This document shows positions 23,944-32,231 of a DNA stretch of 50,103 nucleotides, in pieces. This DNA comes from a virus. Position 1 is the first letter of the stretch. The number at the start of each line of letters is the position of its first letter. The stretch lies in the IMG/VR virus record IMGVR_UViG_3300045988_040880; one strand, given 5' to 3'. Made by a program: the position numbers and the translations under genes. Under the pieces are notes generated by a model. It was not told the DNA's origin. It searched no databases and saw only the letters and a list, made by a program, of their open reading frames with translations.

Positions 23944-26900
23944 GTGAGAGTTGCGGCCGTTGATGTTGGTTCTGCTGTTGGTTATCTTGACCTTGATATT
24001 TCTGGCTTTTTGGCAGGTTTAAGGTCGGCTCAAAGTGAAGCTGATACAGCAAGCAAGAATATCGCAACAAAAATTGGAAACAATCTTTCCAGTGCAGGTA
24101 AGAGCTTGACTTCTGCAGGTTCGACTCTTACCAAAAGCGTGACAGTACCGATTGTTGGTGCCGGAACAGCTGTGGTGAAATTGTCTTCTGACTTTGAATC
24201 CGCAATGTCTAAGGTATCTGCAATTTCTGGTGCTACAGGTTCAGACCTTGACGCATTAAATCAAAAAGCCCAGGAAATGGGTGCAAAAACAAAGTTCAGT
24301 GCAACTGAATCAGCCGAGGCATTTACATATATGGCTATGGCAGGCTGGAAGACCGAAGATATGCTGCAAGGTATTGACGGTATTATGGCTCTTGCTGCAG
24401 CCGATGGTTTGGACTTAGCTACAACCTCTGATATTGTAACTGATGCGCTTACTGCGTTTGGTTTGAGTGCAAGTGATTCTGGTCATTTTGCTGATGTTCT
24501 TGCGAAAGCAGCATCCAACGCAAATACAAATGTAACGTTACTCGGTGAATCTTTTAAGTATGCAGCTCCTGTTGCTGGTGCTTTAGGATATTCTGCAGAA
24601 GATACTGCAATTGCCCTTGGTCTTATGGCTAATGCCGGTATTAAGGGTTCTCAAGGCGGTACAGCTCTTCGTAGTTCTTTGTCAAGATTGATTAAGCCTA
24701 CAGATGATGCAGCCGCTTTGATGGAGAAGTATGGCTTGTCTATGACTAATGCCGATGGCTCAATGAAAAGCCTTGGTCAGGTTATGGATATGCTTCGTAA
24801 TAATATGGGTGACCTGACTGAAGCTGAACAAGCTCAAGCAGCTGCTACGTTGTTTGGTCAGGAAGCCATGTCTGGCATGCTGTCGATTATCAATGCATCT
24901 GATAAGGATTATGAGAAATTGACAAGTGCTATTTATGATGCAGATGGTGCAGCACAAGAAATGGCCGACACAATGTTGGATAACCTTGGTGGTCAGTTGA
25001 CATTGCTTAAGTCTGCATTGGAAGGACTTGCCATTCAGTTTGGTGAGATTTTACTTCCGTATATTAAGCAGTTTGTGACTTGGCTTCAGAATCTTACGCA
25101 AAAGCTACAGAATCTGACACCTGAGCAAAAGGAACAAATTGTTAAGTGGGCAGCAGTCGCTGCATCAATAGGACCGGTGTTGCTTGTTGTTGGTAAACTC
25201 GTAACAGGTATTGGTGGTTTAATTACTACACTTGGAAAAATTCCTGGTGCTGTTTCGTCTATCTCTGGCGGAATGACCAAGCTTGTAACTGGTTTTAAGA
25301 ACATTGGTGAGGGTATCACACTTGCAAAAGCTGGGTTCCCTGGAATGGCAGCTCAAGCATCTAAACTTGGTGCAGCTATTGGTGGCATTACGGCACCTGT
25401 TGCAGCTGTTATTACAATTATTGCAGTTTTGGTTGCTGCATTCGCTACGTTGTGGAAAACCAATGAGGAATTTCGCAATAAGATGACAAGTATCTGGAAT
25501 GAGATTAAGGAAACTGTAGGTGGATTCTGTGATGGAATCGTTGAGCGAATCAATTCGCTTGGCTTTGACTTCAAAAACATTACCGAAGTTCTTTGGTCTA
25601 TCTGGAAAGGTTTTTGTGACCTGCTTGCTCCTGTATTTACAGGCGTATTCCAGTATATTGCAGATACAATTGGTGTTGTGCTTGATGTAATTCTTGGCAT
25701 TTTCGATGTATTCATCTCTGTCTTCAAAGGAGATTGGGAAGGTGCATGGGAAGCTGTTAAGGGCATTTTCATGTCTGTATGGAATTATATTAAAGACTGG
25801 TTTACGAATATCCTTAACACTATCGGTGGTGTGTTGGATGCAGTTTGTGGTTGGTTTGGCACGACATGGGAAAATACATGGAACAGCATCAAGCAGTTCT
25901 TCATCGATATTTGGAATGGAATCGTCAACTTCTTCTCGAATGTGATTAGTTCCATTAAGATGGCAGTGTCCAATTTCATTACGACGATTGTAAACTTCTT
26001 TGCTCAGCTTCCTACGAACATCGCTAATTTCATCACGAATGCATATAATTCTGTGGTGACTTGGGTGTCAAACATGATTGCGAAAGCAAGGGAAATGGGA
26101 CAAAACTTCCTGAATGCAGTCGTTGAGTTCTTTACGAATCTGCCGTATAAGGTTGGTTACTTTATCGGTAACACATTGACGAACGTTGTTTTATGGGCAT
26201 CTAACATGGTGACCAAGGCTCGTGAAATGGGTACCAACTTCCTGAATAATGTTGTGGCATTCTTTACACAGCTTCCTGGTAAGGTACTTCAGTTTATTAC
26301 GAGTGCTTTGAATAACGTTCAGACATGGGCAACCAATATGGCAAATAAAGCTCGTGAGATGGGAACGAACTTCATTAACAATGTGGTAAGTTTCTTCACG
26401 CAGTTGCCTGGTAAAATTCAGCAGTTCTTATCGAGTGCATTGACAAATGTACAAAACTGGGCTACGAATATTGCCAATAAGGCAAGAGAGGCTGCTACCA
26501 ACTTCTTGAATAATGTGGTCAATACGATTACTCAGCTTCCTGGAAAGATTAAGTTGTACCTTGATAGTGCAATCACGAATCTGACTACCTGGGTGACTCA
26601 AATGGGCCAGAAAGGTAAGGAAGCAGTCAATTCGTTGATTAACAACGTAACCTCTGCTGCAAGTGGTATCGCGAGCAAGGTTGCATCTATCGGTTCCGAC
26701 ATCGTGTCTGGTGTTTGGAATGGTATTAAAAATGCAGCTGGTTGGTTTACGAGCCAAGTTAAGAGCTTCTTCTCTGGTATTGTTGATGGTGTCAAAGATG
26801 CATTAGGCATTGGTTCGCCTTCTAAGGTATTCAGAGATGAGGTTGGTCGTTGGTTGCCGCCTGGTGTGGCACAAGGTTTTGAAGCTGCATTACCTGCAGC

Positions 26901-27333
26901 TATGAAGACAATGCAAAAAGACCTCGATAAGGGAATTGGTGGTCTGGAAACTGACGATGTATCTGTTGGTGCAAATGTTACAGTTTCGAGCTTTGCCGAT
27001 AAGCTCAAGTCAATTTATGGTGATGTTGCATTGTGGTTTGAGTCCATTGAAATGCGTATTGGTAACTCTGTTTCTAAGATGATGGAATCTCTGAGTATGC
27101 TGATTGATGCAGGCCAGATGGTTGTGAATTCTGATGGAACATTAGGATATATCGGTTATAACGGCTTTACTAAGACCGGTGGGTCTGAGAAATATGTGGA
27201 CCGTGGTGATTCGAATAATCCTACTTCTGGTGGTGGTGATACGTTTATCTTCAATAGTCCTAAAGCAATTGATGAGATTGAAGCTGCTAAACAGATGAAG
27301 AAGACCAAGCAGGATATGGCTGAAGGATTCTAA
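23944..27333 (+). CDS. Tape measure protein (start codon uncertain)
   Basis: 1129 aa. 'TKFSATESAEAFTYMAMAGW' TMP core, hydrophobic central segments and tandem 44-aa repeats. Confidence 0.85.
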   Translation: MRVAAVDVGSAVGYLDLDISGFLAGLRSAQSEADTASKNIATKIGNNLSSAGKSLTSAGSTLTKSVTVPIVGAGTAVVKLSSDFESAMSKVSAISGATGSDLDALNQKAQEMGAKTKFSATESAEAFTYMAMAGWKTEDMLQGIDGIMALAAADGLDLATTSDIVTDALTAFGLSASDSGHFADVLAKAASNANTNVTLLGESFKYAAPVAGALGYSAEDTAIALGLMANAGIKGSQGGTALRSSLSRLIKPTDDAAALMEKYGLSMTNADGSMKSLGQVMDMLRNNMGDLTEAEQAQAAATLFGQEAMSGMLSIINASDKDYEKLTSAIYDADGAAQEMADTMLDNLGGQLTLLKSALEGLAIQFGEILLPYIKQFVTWLQNLTQKLQNLTPEQKEQIVKWAAVAASIGPVLLVVGKLVTGIGGLITTLGKIPGAVSSISGGMTKLVTGFKNIGEGITLAKAGFPGMAAQASKLGAAIGGITAPVAAVITIIAVLVAAFATLWKTNEEFRNKMTSIWNEIKETVGGFCDGIVERINSLGFDFKNITEVLWSIWKGFCDLLAPVFTGVFQYIADTIGVVLDVILGIFDVFISVFKGDWEGAWEAVKGIFMSVWNYIKDWFTNILNTIGGVLDAVCGWFGTTWENTWNSIKQFFIDIWNGIVNFFSNVISSIKMAVSNFITTIVNFFAQLPTNIANFITNAYNSVVTWVSNMIAKAREMGQNFLNAVVEFFTNLPYKVGYFIGNTLTNVVLWASNMVTKAREMGTNFLNNVVAFFTQLPGKVLQFITSALNNVQTWATNMANKAREMGTNFINNVVSFFTQLPGKIQQFLSSALTNVQNWATNIANKAREAATNFLNNVVNTITQLPGKIKLYLDSAITNLTTWVTQMGQKGKEAVNSLINNVTSAASGIASKVASIGSDIVSGVWNGIKNAAGWFTSQVKSFFSGIVDGVKDALGIGSPSKVFRDEVGRWLPPGVAQGFEAALPAAMKTMQKDLDKGIGGLETDDVSVGANVTVSSFADKLKSIYGDVALWFESIEMRIGNSVSKMMESLSMLIDAGQMVVNSDGTLGYIGYNGFTKTGGSEKYVDRGDSNNPTSGGGDTFIFNSPKAIDEIEAAKQMKKTKQDMAEGF
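25996..26655 (+). repeat. Five tandem 132-nt (44-aa) repeats inside the tape measure gene
   Basis: Units start at 25996, 26128, 26260, 26392, 26524. Consensus 'FFTQLPGK....F..SAL.NVQ.WATNMANKAREMGTNF.NNVV'. Confidence 0.85.
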
Positions 27334-27341
27334 AGAAAGGA

Positions 27342-28253
27342 GTGGTGAGTGTGGTTGAAGGAATCAAGCTCCAAAACGTAGAGACTAGAGCAATTCTTAC
27401 GCTCGATATGGTATCTACTCCGGATTACGTACTTAATTCTGTGGACTGGGGTGCCGTCGAAAGCACCCACCACTCCTATAAGTACGTAAATCAGATTGGT
27501 GTTTATGTAACAGGCACCAGTTTGGAAACAAGGTCTGTTGATATTTCTGGTTGGGTTATCGCAAGCACCGAAAGGGAAATGACCAATCGTAAGACTATAC
27601 TCAATAGATTCTTTAATCCACAGCAGGCAGTTGATTTGTTCTACAAAGATTATGTGTTGAGGTTCTTGCCGAATACTTCGGTTAGATATTCGACAGCTAT
27701 TGCAGAGAACAATGAGGTTGTTTGTAAGTTCAAGGTTGAGGGCTATTGCCCTGACCCGTTATTTAGCGAACAGATGGAAAGTAAGGTAGCAGCTGCAAGT
27801 ACAATTGCAATGTTCCGCTTCCCGTTGATTATTTCACAGACGCCGAATCCTCCTGGAGGCATTGTATTTGGTTTGAGACAGCCGAGTTTGATTGTTGCAA
27901 TCAATAACTCCGGTGCGGTTGATGTTGGTATGAAAATCGTATTCAAAGCTATTGGTACATTACACGGACCGAGCTTAATCAACGTTAACACACAGAAATA
28001 CTTCAAAGTCAATAAGACGATGCAAGCCGGTGAGGAAATCGTTATAAACACGACAATCGGCGAAAAGAAAATCCAAGGCACATTGAATGGTATCACAACA
28101 AACTACTTTAAGTATAGAGACCTTGATAGTGAGTGGCTTCAGCTTTCTGTAGGTGATAATCTTTTTAGATATGATGCCGAGGAAAACGTTGAAAACCTTG
28201 AGGTATATATCTACTTCAACAATAAGTATCTGGAGGTGCAGGAATGTTATTAG
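27342..28253 (+). CDS. Distal tail protein (alternative GTG starts at 27345 and 27351)
   Basis: About 300 aa, directly after the tape measure gene. Confidence 0.55.
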   Translation: MVSVVEGIKLQNVETRAILTLDMVSTPDYVLNSVDWGAVESTHHSYKYVNQIGVYVTGTSLETRSVDISGWVIASTEREMTNRKTILNRFFNPQQAVDLFYKDYVLRFLPNTSVRYSTAIAENNEVVCKFKVEGYCPDPLFSEQMESKVAAASTIAMFRFPLIISQTPNPPGGIVFGLRQPSLIVAINNSGAVDVGMKIVFKAIGTLHGPSLINVNTQKYFKVNKTMQAGEEIVINTTIGEKKIQGTLNGITTNYFKYRDLDSEWLQLSVGDNLFRYDAEENVENLEVYIYFNNKYLEVQECY

Positions 28254-29389
28254 GAAAGCAGATTCAGATACTCGTATTTAAGTTGGACGATTCCGGCACA
28301 TTTGATAACATCGGTGAGGTAAACCAATTCGATAGTTTGATATGGCCGGATAAGTTCAACGGATATGCCAGCTTTGAATTGTGGGCTCCAATCACAGATG
28401 AGAATTCTGAGTATTTTAAGAAAGGCAACATTCTTTGGTGTGGTGGTGATAATGCAGCAATGGTTGAGATTGTAAAATCTACTATTGATGATAAGGGCAC
28501 CAAAACATTCAATGTGAAAGGCCGAACACTTGAGATGCTTTTTACAACTCGAATTATTTGGGGCACATATAATGGCGTAAATAAAGTGGCATCGACTGCC
28601 ATGTATGAGATTGTAAATCAGAATTGTGTAAATCCTACGAATGCGAAACGAAAGATTCCATTCTTAGAGTTGGCTGAGGATAGGCAAATTGGTGGTTTGA
28701 TAACGATACAAAAAACTGGTGGAGAAGTATATGATGCATTAACAACGATTGCATCAAACGCCGACATTGGTTTTAATATGCTTTTCAGACCACGAGAAAA
28801 GAAAATCATCTTTGAAGTAGTTGAGGGTGTTGATAGAACGTCTGAGCAGGATGAAGTTGACCCTGTTGAGTTTAGCACAGACCTTGAAGACATTCTTTCG
28901 AGTTCTTACTATACGAATGACCAGGACAATAAGTCTGTAGCATTGGTTATGGGCGAAGGAACCGGAGCTGAAAGAAAGTCACAAGTTTCCGGTGACAATA
29001 ACTCTTATGGTCTTGGTAGGCGTGAGCTTTATGTCGATGCTCGAGACCTTCAGTCTGAAACTGTGAATGAAGACGGTTCTACTACATCGCTTACCCCTGC
29101 TGAATATAATGAAACTCTTATCAATAGAGGTGATAACAAACTTGCTGAACATAAAGTAACTGAGACTTTCGAAGCTCAGATTCGAGTGTTTGGTGAGGTT
29201 CAGTATGAGTTTGGTGTAGATTACAACAAAGGCGATAAGGTAACAATGCGAGATAAGCAGCTTGGTGTTGTTGTATCTGCACGAATCACAGAAGTCGAAG
29301 AGGACTTCGATGATGAATATGAACTTGTCTTAACGTTTGGATATTCTTATCCGACGATTATGCAAAAGGTGAAACAACAGATAACTTAA
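28244..29389 (+). CDS. Tail-associated protein (siphovirus Gp37-like)
   Basis: Position after the distal tail protein. N-terminal 'FDSLIWPDKFNGYASFELWAP' pattern. Confidence 0.5.
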   Translation: MLLGKQIQILVFKLDDSGTFDNIGEVNQFDSLIWPDKFNGYASFELWAPITDENSEYFKKGNILWCGGDNAAMVEIVKSTIDDKGTKTFNVKGRTLEMLFTTRIIWGTYNGVNKVASTAMYEIVNQNCVNPTNAKRKIPFLELAEDRQIGGLITIQKTGGEVYDALTTIASNADIGFNMLFRPREKKIIFEVVEGVDRTSEQDEVDPVEFSTDLEDILSSSYYTNDQDNKSVALVMGEGTGAERKSQVSGDNNSYGLGRRELYVDARDLQSETVNEDGSTTSLTPAEYNETLINRGDNKLAEHKVTETFEAQIRVFGEVQYEFGVDYNKGDKVTMRDKQLGVVVSARITEVEEDFDDEYELVLTFGYSYPTIMQKVKQQIT

Positions 29390-29405
29390 AGGAGGTGAAA
29401 GACGA

Positions 29406-30353
29406 ATGGAACGATGTGGATTTTTTGATGCCTATCTTGAAGGTGAAGCGTATGATAGAGTCTATTTGGCTCAGCATTTCGCAGCATACTTTGCAAGCTT
29501 TATTGCTAATGGCGTGTTTGCAGAACATTCAAATCAGCTTCAGGTAATGGCAATGCCTACGCCTCAGATGCAGATTGGTGTTGAACGAGGACAAGGCTGG
29601 ATTAACGGTTATTGGTATGAAAATACCGATGCATTGTACCTGCCTGTAGATGTTGCTGATGGTGTCTTGAATAGAATCGACTCTGTTGTGCTTCGTCTTG
29701 GATTTTCTGAAAGGAACATGTGGTTGGTCGTTAAGAAAGGAACTCCTGCGGTTAACCCTGTTGCTCCTGAAGTTACAAGAACGGCTGACTACTATGAATT
29801 GCAGCTTGCGACTATAAGCATTCCTGCGAGTTCAATCAACATTACTCAAGCTCAGATTACTGATACTCGAATGAATCAGGAAGTTTGTGGTTGGGTTACA
29901 GGTGTTGTTGAGCAGCTTGATACTACGACTTTGTTCAACCAGTTTGAAACGTATTTTGCTGAGTTCAAAGAATTCTATGAAAATGAATATGATACATGGA
30001 CTGATGAACAGAAAGCAGCTTACATTTCCTGGATTACAAATCAGGAGAATGATTTTACTGATTGGACTGATGAACAGATGGCTGAGTATGATGAGTGGTA
30101 TGCAACACACATTTTGCTGTGGCAAACTGAATTTGATACTTGGTTTGAAAATGTTAAAGGTCAGTTGAGTGAAGATGCTGCCGGTGCAATTCAAGTTGAG
30201 TTGGATGAGCAAGAGGCTCGTTTGAGTAATATTGAAAAGATGCTTATTTCTGGTAAGGCATTTGCTCCTGCTGAAATTTCTTCTGGTGAGCTGCTTGCTA
30301 CTTCCGATAATGAGGTCATTATGTTTGAGTGGCCTATTGGTTGTCAGTGTTAA
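29406..30353 (+). CDS. Tail fibre / baseplate protein
   Basis: Position. W/D/E-rich repeats 'DTWTDEQKAAY' and 'TDWTDEQMAEY', and a coiled C-terminus. Confidence 0.5.
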   Translation: MERCGFFDAYLEGEAYDRVYLAQHFAAYFASFIANGVFAEHSNQLQVMAMPTPQMQIGVERGQGWINGYWYENTDALYLPVDVADGVLNRIDSVVLRLGFSERNMWLVVKKGTPAVNPVAPEVTRTADYYELQLATISIPASSINITQAQITDTRMNQEVCGWVTGVVEQLDTTTLFNQFETYFAEFKEFYENEYDTWTDEQKAAYISWITNQENDFTDWTDEQMAEYDEWYATHILLWQTEFDTWFENVKGQLSEDAAGAIQVELDEQEARLSNIEKMLISGKAFAPAEISSGELLATSDNEVIMFEWPIGCQC

Positions 30354-30391
30354 GATGAACAATCTATCAAAATAAAGGAGGAAAATTCAAG

Positions 30392-31327
30392 ATGGCAGTA
30401 CTTTCTGTTGAAACAAAGAAAATTCCTGAGTTGGCCGCTACGCTTGACCTTGTTGATAACGATATGATTATCGTTGAGTTGGCGAATGGTGGCACGAGGA
30501 AGATGACGTATGGTGATTTTATCACCACAATCAAAGCTTCTTTGGAATATCCGGATGAAGCAGTGCTTAGTGTGGCAGATGTTGTTGATGTTCAGACAAA
30601 CGATGGAACTAAGATTCCTACAGCTAAGCTCGTATACGATATGCATCAGATTGATGTTGTAATGCGTAGAGAGATGGATTGTTTGAACGGAATCAGAGAA
30701 AAAGGAAATCTCATTAATGTTGATACATTGATGGGTTATGTAAGAGCTGGTGAGCACCATAAGTATGCTATTGGCGATTACTTTGAAGATAACGGTGTTC
30801 AGTGGGCAGTTGTAGCACGTAACTGGTACCCGGCTTGGGCATTTGGTGATGGTGTTGCGAGACCTGAGCATATTGTATGTATGCCTGTAGACTTCTTGGC
30901 AACGTCTTATCAGTTTAACACAACGAATGATAATACCGGTGGTTATGCTGCGAGCTTGATGCCTGCAAATATGGAAACTGAGTACGGTAAGCTTGGTTCC
31001 AATGTTAAGGCTTATTGCAGACAGACTCGTATTTACGAGAATAACAAAGGTGCTTGGGCTGCAGCAATGAGAAGCATGAGACTTCCTACTATTGTTGAGG
31101 TAACCGGAAATCAGGGCTGGGCAAATGAAGGATATTCTGGTGGTGTATGTAGCCAGCTGCCTTTGTGTCAGAACTCTCTTTTCAGGATTCGTTCTACATG
31201 GTATTGGTGTTTAGACCCTTCTTCTGCAAGCTCCGCGTACTTTTGCATTGTCAGCGGCAACGGCTTTGGCTACTACTACGGCGCCTCCAACTCTGGGCGG
31301 GTTCGCCCGCTAATCGTTCTTGCTTAA
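30392..31327 (+). CDS. DGR target protein: tail fibre / receptor-binding protein with C-terminal DUF1566-like (C-type lectin fold) variable domain
   Basis: 'MRLPTIVEV' ... 'YWCLDPSSASSAYFCIVSGNGFGYYYGASNSGRVRPLIV'. The VR occupies codons just before the stop. Confidence 0.8.
   Translation: MAVLSVETKKIPELAATLDLVDNDMIIVELANGGTRKMTYGDFITTIKASLEYPDEAVLSVADVVDVQTNDGTKIPTAKLVYDMHQIDVVMRREMDCLNGIREKGNLINVDTLMGYVRAGEHHKYAIGDYFEDNGVQWAVVARNWYPAWAFGDGVARPEHIVCMPVDFLATSYQFNTTNDNTGGYAASLMPANMETEYGKLGSNVKAYCRQTRIYENNKGAWAAAMRSMRLPTIVEVTGNQGWANEGYSGGVCSQLPLCQNSLFRIRSTWYWCLDPSSASSAYFCIVSGNGFGYYYGASNSGRVRPLIVLA
31230..31309 (+). repeat. DGR variable repeat (VR)
   Basis: 80 nt aligned without gaps to 31983..32062. 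15 differences, all where TR has A. Confidence 0.9.
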
Positions 31328-31336
31328 TCATCAATC

Positions 31337-31356
31337 GTGGCGGCGAAAGCCGACAC
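31337..31356 (+). promoter_or_regulatory. Hairpin with GAAA tetraloop 28 nt downstream of VR
   Basis: GTGGCGGC-GAAA-GCCGACAC, 7 bp with one G/A mismatch. Confidence 0.6.
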
Positions 31357-31381
31357 ATAATGATTCAAAGGAGGAACTAAT

Positions 31382-31948
31382 GTGAGCGTACCAAAATGGA
31401 GAAGGTCTGGGTCTAAGTTGGATGCGTTTTATGAGGCTGTTAAGTTACGACACATTGTAACGCAGATGATAATGCGTTCATACGGAATGAAAACCAAGCA
31501 TAAAAGCTTGATTCCTGATAGACTTAGAGATGAATATCATGACCTTGCAAAATTGTTTGAGAAGATTGATAAGTATCAGACAAAGGTTGAGGAAACTAAA
31601 GTGCTTAGTAAGTATGAGGATTGGATAGTTTCACGAACGAGGAATAATCTCTTTAAGTACACATCAAATTTGGTTGCTCACATCTCAGCCGCTAATGAGA
31701 TTAAGTGTACGCTTGATTTTGAGTTTAAGAAGAGAATTTCACTTGAAGATGAAGCTATAAGTGATATTGCCAATATTAGGCAGGAAGTTCAATTTGTTGA
31801 AGAGTTCTTTGACATTGATTTGAATAAGTACATGGAGTACTCCGAGCAATTGGAGAAAACAAAGAACTATTTGTATCGATGGAAAAAGTCAACTGTGAAT
31901 GAGTATAAGAAGTTCTTAGAAGAACAAAACAACGGAAACGGAGGTTAA
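31382..31948 (+). CDS. avd: Avd-like DGR accessory protein (unusually long, 188 aa)
   Basis: GTG start with an AAAGGAGGA RBS. Basic and helical, lying between VR and TR as in canonical DGRs. Sequence similarity to Avd not verified. Confidence 0.5.
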   Translation: MSVPKWRRSGSKLDAFYEAVKLRHIVTQMIMRSYGMKTKHKSLIPDRLRDEYHDLAKLFEKIDKYQTKVEETKVLSKYEDWIVSRTRNNLFKYTSNLVAHISAANEIKCTLDFEFKKRISLEDEAISDIANIRQEVQFVEEFFDIDLNKYMEYSEQLEKTKNYLYRWKKSTVNEYKKFLEEQNNGNGG

Positions 31949-31982
31949 GGGCCGTTATACCGTGTGTAGGTTATGTGCTGCC

Positions 31983-32062
31983 GCACCACGAACTTTTGCA
32001 ATGTCAACAACAACGGCAATAGCAACAACAACAACGCCTCCAACTCTGGGCGGGTTCGCCCG
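31983..32062 (+). repeat. DGR template repeat (TR)
   Basis: 25 adenines, with AAC/AAT-rich codons in the VR frame (caacaacaacggcaatagcaacaacaacaac). Non-coding position upstream of RT. Confidence 0.9.
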
Positions 32063-32231
32063 ATATCGTATTGATTTGCTAAATGTAGGCAAGAACGACC
32101 GATTAAAATCAAGAACGATAGGAGCACATGACCTTGGCGATTGAGCCTAAAGTGTTTGGTTGATGTGTTTTAGTGCTTGGGCAAAGAAAAGGCTACACTA
32201 AGTAACACTATAAACGGCCAAAATATTTATT

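Noticed and set aside
31229-32062. Search for a second VR (additional DGR target) elsewhere in the genome
   Set aside because: The invariant 3' block gcctccaactctgggcgggttcgcccg occurs only at the VR and the TR. I saw no other copy on either strand, so this is a single-target DGR.
31962-32144. 60-aa ORF 'MCRLCAAAPRTFAMSTTTAIATTTT...' in the ORF track
   Set aside because: It lies exactly over the DGR template repeat and its flanks. It has no RBS, and its T/A-rich sequence is only the out-of-frame reading of the AAC-repeat template. It is treated as non-coding TR RNA.
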